From: Octopus vulgaris
Lineage: Eukaryota
Assembly (NCBI GenBank): GCA_951406725.2
Contig: OX597816.1
Span: forward strand, 18,414,001 to 18,478,000
Length of the DNA: 64,000 nt
Reading direction: 5' to 3'
Shown here in pieces: positions 54,861 to 64,000 of this stretch (the stretch's first letter is position 1; the number at the start of each line of letters is the position of its first letter). The notes beneath the pieces are model-generated. The model worked only from the letters and a program-made list of their open reading frames with translations. It did not search any database and had not been told where the DNA came from. The translations under genes and the position numbers were made by a program.

Positions 54861-57093
54861 TATATTGTATACGTATATGTATATATGTTTGTGTATGTGT
54901 GTGTGTGTGTGCATATACATGATTATATATGTGTATGCGAAAATGGATGTAACAAAATTGTGATACGTCACCGATATGTATATCACATCTTTTAAGTCAA
55001 AACCCTTGAATCTCAAAATTGTTCACTGTTTAGAGTGACGCTTAATTTGAATCGACAGAACTTAAGAACAAATTCCGTGACTTGTAAGACAGTTTATTTT
55101 GCAGCCGAGTTATTTCATGTTTAAAGCGAATAGGCGAAAATTTAGACAATTGTCCGATTTAGCAAAATGAATACATTTGGTAGACTCAAATGTGTGTAAG
55201 TGTGTGTCGGTGTGTGTGTGTGTCTGTGTTTGTGTCGGTGTTTTTTTATTTCTCCACTGCTTCACTTTGATTTGTTTACATTACCGTAGTTTAGTCATTC
55301 GGCAAAATTTATACAATATAATTAATACCAGATTTAATGAAATATAGCTAATTTTGTTCGACTAAATTCTTCAAGATAGTGCCCCAAAAGGGACGCATTT
55401 CAATTATTTAAGTTAAAATGCGAAATTAGAAAAATTTTATCTTACCAAATGGAATCTTTATCACCTATTACAACGCGTCTATGACTATGCACCTACTAAA
55501 CGTTTGATTCATATAACATCACAGGGCCTTAATAATTCCAGCCTATCACCTGGGATTAGTAAGAAGATGATGGTTCTGTTATGCTTGATTATTATCTGGG
55601 ATGAATATCATTGCTTGAATATTTTTGATAATCAAAAACACGCAATGGGGACTGAAAAGTAACTAACATCCACCTGCGTAAAGAACCGCAGCAGCAACAA
55701 TAACAGCAACAGCAACGATGAAAGCAACTGAAAAATAGCAGCCAATAAATTGAAGATCGTCAGGTATGGCATTATTATTATTATTGAGTGAGAGAGCAGT
55801 GAACGTCATCAAAGTGACACTGGGGTAAAATATGCGAAGCCCAGTATACCCATCATGCCTACCCGTCTGATAAGGGCACACCAAGCACATGCATCACAAC
55901 CGTATGTGCACGACATGGTGATCTCATATCAAGACTCAAAACCATGAGAAACACACACATACACACAGGCACAAACGGACTCACTCACACACACATAGCT
56001 ATATATACGACAGACTTCCTTATAGTTTCTATCTATCAAATTCACTCACAAAGCTTTGGTTGGCCGGCCTGGTGCTATGATATATGACGCTTAACAAATA
56101 CAATCGAATTTAACAACTGTAGCTCCACATGTAAGCAACCTATAACAGAGGCTCTGGAAAAAACAGTGAGCAGAATGAAGTTCAGAGAAAAATAATCTAG
56201 TCTAGTTAATCTAAATCTCAGTTCTTTAGTCGAAGGTATAGCAGATTAGAAACGAAATTTATATCCGGCGCACATTTATCCTTTCTACACCGTTCTGATT
56301 CTTCTAACAAATAACCTATCCCTCTGATTGCAAACATCTATCATTCCTAAATCTACAATATCAGTACAATGTGATCTAATAATCTAAATGTAATACGGCA
56401 TTTTAAAGTGCATGGAATAATTTCTGTCAATTCTGCTGACAAGCTATAACACAAGAAGCACTACCAATGTCACAAGTAACGTTGTTTTATCAATTATTGT
56501 ATATTTCTTGTTTGTTTCTCTGAATAATAGTGATAACAGTAAAGCTATTTATGATAGAGAAAGCTAGGAAAAAAAGGATATTGGTTTCTTTTGATGAAGT
56601 ACAAAGGTCCTAGATTTTATAGCAAGGTTATGAGATATACGTTTGCCAAGAGCACTAATGGAATACTGAAATTTGCATTATTTAGATTGTGTGAAGATAA
56701 GCACTTCACCTGATTGGCAACTGAAAAAAAATAAAAAGAAACCTAAAACAATTTATTTTGGTTTACAGATATCTGCATTACTATTTTTCAATAAAAATAT
56801 ATCACTTTCCCCTTATCACTGCCTGTTGTGACATTCCTAGTGGCAACGTGGCTACAGTGATAAAAAGCTGACAAGATGAAGTATTTGTTAAAAGAATATA
56901 TATGATTAGGCATGGGGCCAATATGTTTGTTTCACAACCCTACGTTTCAGGGGTTCCGCCCTACTTGTGAAATAATTTAGGGACATGACTTCTAGCACAA
57001 TCTTGATCCGACTATTTATTTCTGAATGGAATTTGGCGCACATAGACTGTGTCACAGTCTGTTATGTACATACATACATACATATCCCAATCA

Positions 57094-57178
<85 letters not shown>

Positions 57179-57213
57179 ATATATATATATATATCTGTCT
57201 GTCTCTCTCCTTC

Positions 57214-57293
<80 letters not shown>

Positions 57294-57470
57294 TTTTGAA
57301 AAAAGAGTTCCTACCGATAATGGTTATATTTACATACAGAAATCTACCCGAAAATAATTGTTGTTTTTTTAAAATTAATAATTGCTTTCCCTTATATTAT
57401 TAACAATGGAATGTTTCACTCCCTTATGACAATCCATAGTTCTATTTCTAAGGAACTGTTTTTAAAATTC

Positions 57471-57549
<79 letters not shown>

Positions 57550-59142
57550 TCGCGTCGGTCCCATTCCTCTCTAAGTAGCAGAAACTTAGTATCGGCCGAT
57601 TGCTGGTGCAGTTGACCTTCCCAGAGCTGCCACACCCTGGATATGCCACTTGGATAACTTTGCGAGCACAAGATATGAAGTATTGATTCTGGTGCACATT
57701 GATGCCAAACAATTTATTTTGGTTACAGATATCGATTCATTTTTCAATAAACACCAAAAACGGCTGGTATTTACATTCCTTCAAATGTTAGTAAAATAAC
57801 TAACAAGACGTATGAAGACTTAAGATTCTGCGTTTGCCACAACTTTCGGGGTCGATTAAATTCAAGTACCGAGGTGACTTTGCCATTCAATCCTTTCGGG
57901 GTCGATTATAAGTTAAACGACTGTGTCTGTCTGTTTGTCTACATACATACATATCAATCAGACTATTAGTCATCTACATCTACTGACATCTATCATCTAT
58001 CACATGCACATACCATCATTTCAATACGATATAATAGGAATATTGTCTGTCTTCTCCTGAATTGTCTTCCTCTTGTTTTAACCCCTCTGGACAATAAAGA
58101 AATAGATATAAAAATAAGGAACATATCAGATATATCATTAAAATGTACCTGACAAATGTGGATTGTGTATGGTTGGAATGTCATGCACATCCCATCATTG
58201 TTGAAAGATACGATTTATAGGAATATTGTATGTACTGAATAATCAAAACCTTTTCTTTTTCTTCTATTTCATGATGTAATGGAAACAATACGAGAAATGA
58301 AATGTTAGTGAAATGAAATATTTCCTTCGCATGATTCTCTCGATATATCACATATATTGTACGGCGCAGGAATGAAAATTCTTTTTTATTATTATTATTA
58401 TTCGATCAATTATTGGATATATTATGATTATTATTAATCTAACCCTATTTTCAGAATATATCTAACCACGTATGAGTATGCTTATATAAAAAAAGAACCA
58501 ATCCAGTTTGTTTTCGTATTATAGATAGCCATTTAACGAGGAAAGAAAACTATCGTTTTCGAGTCGTATATCTCATGCGACATATAATATTAGTTTCAGG
58601 GTAGGAATTCTAGATTAATCCAGCGATCATCATCGGAGATGATGTACTAGTTTCCATCCGTAAATGACAAGAGAAACAAATAATTCATATCAATACAATC
58701 ACACTTCTCATGCATTTTCAGTGACATCACTGCACTATGGAAAATGCATTGCTTAAACAAATTCGTGACTTCATGAGCAATGTGAATTGTATTGGGACAA
58801 AAATGCATTTTCGGAAGAAAACATCTCTTCTAAAACGCTAAGTATTTAACCATCGTAAGGTGTCTTGTTGAATAGTGTTGATCCTCAGTGACGTAGAGAT
58901 CGACATGAATACCTCAATCGTTGTCACAGTGAAAACATAATGGGGTGGGGGTGGGGGTGGGTGAATTGCTTCACTTTGTCCAATTCCGTTTCAAAGTATT
59001 TAGCTAAAACAAAATATTATATTCTTATATTTATATATAAATATATGCATTCAATAAATACTATTGTATAGAAACATGATAATAAATTTTGCAAACTAGC
59101 GACGCACTGGCCCAAAAATACTGTATATTCATACATATATAC

Positions 59143-59209
<67 letters not shown>

Positions 59210-59384
59210 GAATATTAGGGAATAAATCCAAATTTACAGGAAAAAATCAGATTTAGGATTAAATCCAATTTTATAGTAAAATATTATATAATATTAATTC
59301 GAGACAAAACCACTATTTTGCAAATCAAACAAGGAAATACTTAATCAATACATAAAAAAATTTTAATATAAAGTAAATAAACCG

Positions 59385-59428
59385 CCACTACAATTGTTTC
59401 ATGTATTCAAATGACATTCGTCAGGTGG
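59385..59428 (-). ncRNA. Minimal type I hammerhead ribozyme motif
   Basis: ccac-CTGACGA-atgtc..tacat-GAAA-caattg-TA-gtgg. Confidence 0.82.
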
Positions 59429-59511
59429 ATTTCCGATCTTCTAATCAGTTTTAATTTATGAAGTCATAAATTAAAACTTCATAAATTAAAACTGATTAGA
59501 AGATCGGAAAT

Positions 59512-59554
59512 CCACCTGACGAATGTCATTTGAAGACATGAAACAATTGTAGTG
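59512..59554 (+). ncRNA. Minimal type I hammerhead ribozyme motif
   Basis: cac-CTGACGA-atgtc(atttgaa)gacat-GAAA-caattg-TA-gtg; palindromic stem III and GUA triplet. Confidence 0.85.
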
Positions 59555-59637
59555 TTTATTTACTTTATATTAAAATTTTTTATGTATTGATTAAGTCTTT
59601 CCTTGTTTGATTTGCAAAATAGTGGTTTTGTCTCGAA

Positions 59638-59676
<39 letters not shown>

Positions 59677-60984
59677 CTGCTCGCTTCAAAGGCTAAAACA
59701 ACAACAAACAATACGTATATATATAGGCTCTGGGATTGAACTTGCACAAAGTAGATGTAGGGGTTTTGAAATCAAAGCTGGACCTCTTCCTGTCGAGAGT
59801 CCCAGATGAACCTACCACACGGCAAGAGGTGCAAAATGAGGGTAGCTATATCAAACTCCAGTCTTCACCAAGTGTCACATATTAGAAGAGGCTCTTAGTA
59901 ATAACAGTGTAGCAAAACGGCGGTACATCAGCATGGCCACAGCTCTGAGCTGAAACTAGAGAGAACAAAATATACATACATACGTGTGTGTTTGTGTATG
60001 TGTGTGCGTGTACATGTATGTAATATATATTCTAAACAAGTTAAAGACCGCCTTTTCATGTTTGTGTTTTAAGCAAATGTCTGCGTTGTTACTGTTAAAT
60101 GATGTGTTATTAAAACCCCCCAAACAGGGTCACATTGTAAATTGCTCAGGCTGCCCCTGTGCATATGGTTAATGCTCCCTTACTGTTCATTTACTTAGTT
60201 AGATTCCTCGTAAAAATTCATTAGTTATAGCTGGCAATAAATTAATTGGAACTATTTCATAGATGGTAATTAAATTTCTATTGATTTGCAAAAACACTGA
60301 TTGATAATCTATCAACTGGACGTTGAATAATAACATCTTCTATTATAAACAGAATAGTTAAACTCAAGGGGCTAATTTAGAGAACTTTTGAGGTAAAGTA
60401 AACGAGCTAAACTTTCGACTGAACCAATAAATACACTGCGGTTATTAGATCGGTCATTCGGTCCACTATTCATTTTACAATCTAATTAAATTGAAGATGG
60501 TATTGTATCGAACAGTTGCTTCAATTATTTCTCTCTTATATTTTTAACAATTTAGTATATAATGATTAATATTCCTATAGTTAATATAATATTCTGTTAT
60601 ATAAAGAAACAATGCTGCCGTGTTTTATGTATCAAACGAAGATATAAAGGAGCTGTATGTTATTGATTCCAACATAAAAGATGCAATTATTTTTGATATT
60701 GCAGTATTTATTTTTTTATGTGGCATATTATTAAACTGGTTGTTCTTTTTGTAACTGAAATTGTTCCCTACATCAGTATATTGTAAATAGCCGCATACAG
60801 TGTAGTGATGAAATATCCATACCGAATCCTTTAGTTCCGTTTGGGAAAATACTAGTAGTAAAATAGTATCGGGTAAAATTTTGTCAAATAGAAACTGCCT
60901 CATGTTTACCTTTTTAAGCAACTCGTATTCACATGTTTTGATATCGAAGCCACAATCATTTCTATGTTGGTAATATGTTATGCA

Positions 60985-61216
60985 AGGTGGAGAGCTGGCA
61001 GAAACGTTAGCACGCCGGGCGAAATGTGTAACCGTATTTCGCCTGCCGTTACGTTCTGAGTTCAAATTCCGCCGAGATCGACTTTGCCTTTCATCCTTTC
61101 GGTATCAATAAATTAAGTACCAGTTATGCACTGGGGTCGATGAAATCGACTTACTCCGTTTGTCTGTCCTTATTTGTCCCCTCTATGTTTAGTCCCTTGT
61201 GGGTATTAAAGAAATA
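60985..61216 (+). mobile_element. SINE family A monomer with 15-bp TSD
   Basis: TSD GGTAATATGTTATGC at 60969-60983 and 61217-61231. Confidence 0.93.
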
Positions 61217-61231
61217 GGTAATATGTTATGC

Positions 61232-61512
61232 GGAGGCACAATAGCCCAGTGGTTAGGGCAGCAGACTAGCGGTCGGAGGATCGCGGTTTCGATCCCAGAT
61301 CAGACATTGTATGTTTTTAAAGAGCGAAAACATCTAAAGCTTCACGAGGCTCCGGCAGGGGGTGGTGGTGACCCCTGTTGTACTCTTTCACTCCAACTAT
61401 TTAATACTCTTCCTTCCTGTTTCTTGAGTAACGCTGCGATGGACTGGCGTCCCGTCCAGCTGGGGGAAACACATACGCTACAGACACTTGGAAACCGGGC
61501 CCATGAGCCTGT
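61232..61512 (+). mobile_element. SINE family C (tail type 3)
   Basis: Head GGAGGCACAATAGCCCAGTGGTTAGGGCAG; tail GCTGCGATGGACTGGCGTCCCGTCCAG. Confidence 0.85.
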
Positions 61513-62119
61513 GAGGATTTTCTCTCAGTCTATCTGTTACAACAGCCTGTTCTTATTCTCGAAAGGCCTTTAACTTCTGTAACCAATTAAAGAAATGCAT
61601 GTAACAAAATAATGAACTCTCGTTTAATGAGTAGATCCTCTTCAGCTTCAATTTTATTTGTCACCTACTCGTCCTTCATATGTATATCGATATTTAATTA
61701 TAAATGCATTTAGCATCAAGGAATTTCGAAAACAAATGTTACTTTGCAATAAGATTGAACCGTAGAGCGCGAGACCAATTTCCTGACCACCCAATCTTGT
61801 GGTCGTGTATATGTGCGTGTGCTTAAATGTGCAGATTTTGTGCGAGTATGTGTGTGCGTTTATGCGTGTTTGTGTTTCTATGTGCGTAGTGTGTGTATGT
61901 GTCTATGTGCGTGTGTCCTCGACTGTCCTCTTACGTATAGATCATAAGCGTGTGAAGAATTCCTGGTTCTTCAGATTATGTCCTCTCCGTCTATGGAATT
62001 GGTTTCAATTGCTTTATGATTATTGTTGACGCATCAGTCGGAAAAAAAAAAAACATTTATCAAAATCAAACATTTATGATCTAGTAAATTTCGATATACT
62101 GTTATGTGACTGTCCGACC

Positions 62120-62879
<760 letters not shown>

Positions 62880-63603
62880 GTTGCTATTTTGTGCGGTTTC
62901 ATTTTGCTTAATTAAGTTTCCCACCATATTTTGTTCACTTCTACCACCTTTTAAATAGATATATTATAAATATCTTTTTAAAGAATAGAAAATGTGTTGA
63001 AACTCTAGTGATTCCCTAGTCAGATGTATCGATTTGCTAATTGGATAAACTAGGCGTGACTTCAATTAGGTAAGTTACACGACTCTGCTTTATCTAAGTT
63101 TTGCTTTATTATTATTATTATTATTATTATTTATTTTTTTTGTTTGAAATTTAGTATTATAATTGTTTATATTTTCTCCCTTATTTATTTATTTTTTTAA
63201 ATCAAGCTGATTATCCATAGAAATTCCACGTTCTCAGTTGCTGGATTCCGCAAATAAAAGTGGTTACTAGAGTGTCTTCTACATAATACAGTTAACTGCC
63301 CCCGGAGACTGACATACGTAAATGTTCGATGCGCAATCTTCTCGAGATCGATATATTCTAGCACATGCTAATTAGCCATGGAACAGAAACACCCAGAGTG
63401 CAGTTTCAGTTATAGATATATATATATCTATGTAACTATTGATTTCTATGTTTTATTTATTCAAATTATTTCTTCTTCGTAGAAATTGTAGAAATGCTGT
63501 TTTCAATAGTGTTATTATATAACGAACATCTACCTATTTCTCTAAGTCTATGTGTCAATCTATGTATCTATCTACCTATCCATCTGAATACAAATATATA
63601 TAC

Positions 63604-63679
<76 letters not shown>

Positions 63680-63688
63680 ATATATATG

Positions 63689-63764
<76 letters not shown>

Positions 63765-64000
63765 AGTGAATGTATGTATGTATATATACACACACATATA
63801 TATACACAAACACATATGTATATATATGCTTATAAATATATACAAACATCTATATAGATATACATGAACAAAATCATCTCGTTTCTGGTTCATGTAATTC
63901 TTTTATATAGCATAATATATAAGTGAATAATATATACGTTGTACATATGTACGACACTTCCCATCGCTTCTCAGTCAAGTATGTTCATTTATGTGTTGTA

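Larger units (their letters stand above)
59208..59647. mobile_element. (TA)n-flanked inverted element with canonical hammerheads
   Basis: Arms about 59285-59463 and 59477-59647, plus a left extension starting AATGAATATTAGGG. Confidence 0.9.

Noticed and set aside
60625-61065. 146-aa ORF as a host exon
   Set aside because: It begins inside an antisense SINE, and the remainder has no recognisable motif or supported splice structure.

Overview
AT-rich eukaryotic DNA with very dense microsatellites. The SINE complement and the (TA)n/(TAA)n load look like an octopus/cephalopod genome (inference). No host protein-coding exon could be supported, and almost all listed ORFs are translations of simple repeats. 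Recognisable content: two decayed R4/Dong-type RLE non-LTR retrotransposons beside (TAA)n plus small fragments, an RTE 3' fragment, a Tc1/mariner end, MITEs, two non-autonomous Helitrons and three tRNA-derived SINE families. The most striking signal is a set of sequence-unrelated non-coding elements embedded in (TA)n tracts. Several carry minimal type I hammerhead ribozyme motifs, two with a U3-A8 covariant core. Many are head-to-head inverted, and two are also circularly permuted tandem units of about 557 and 364 nt. This resembles a Penelope-like pLTR/retrozyme system targeting (TA)n. A second oddity is a SINE that integrates as fixed-junction multimers inside a single TSD.
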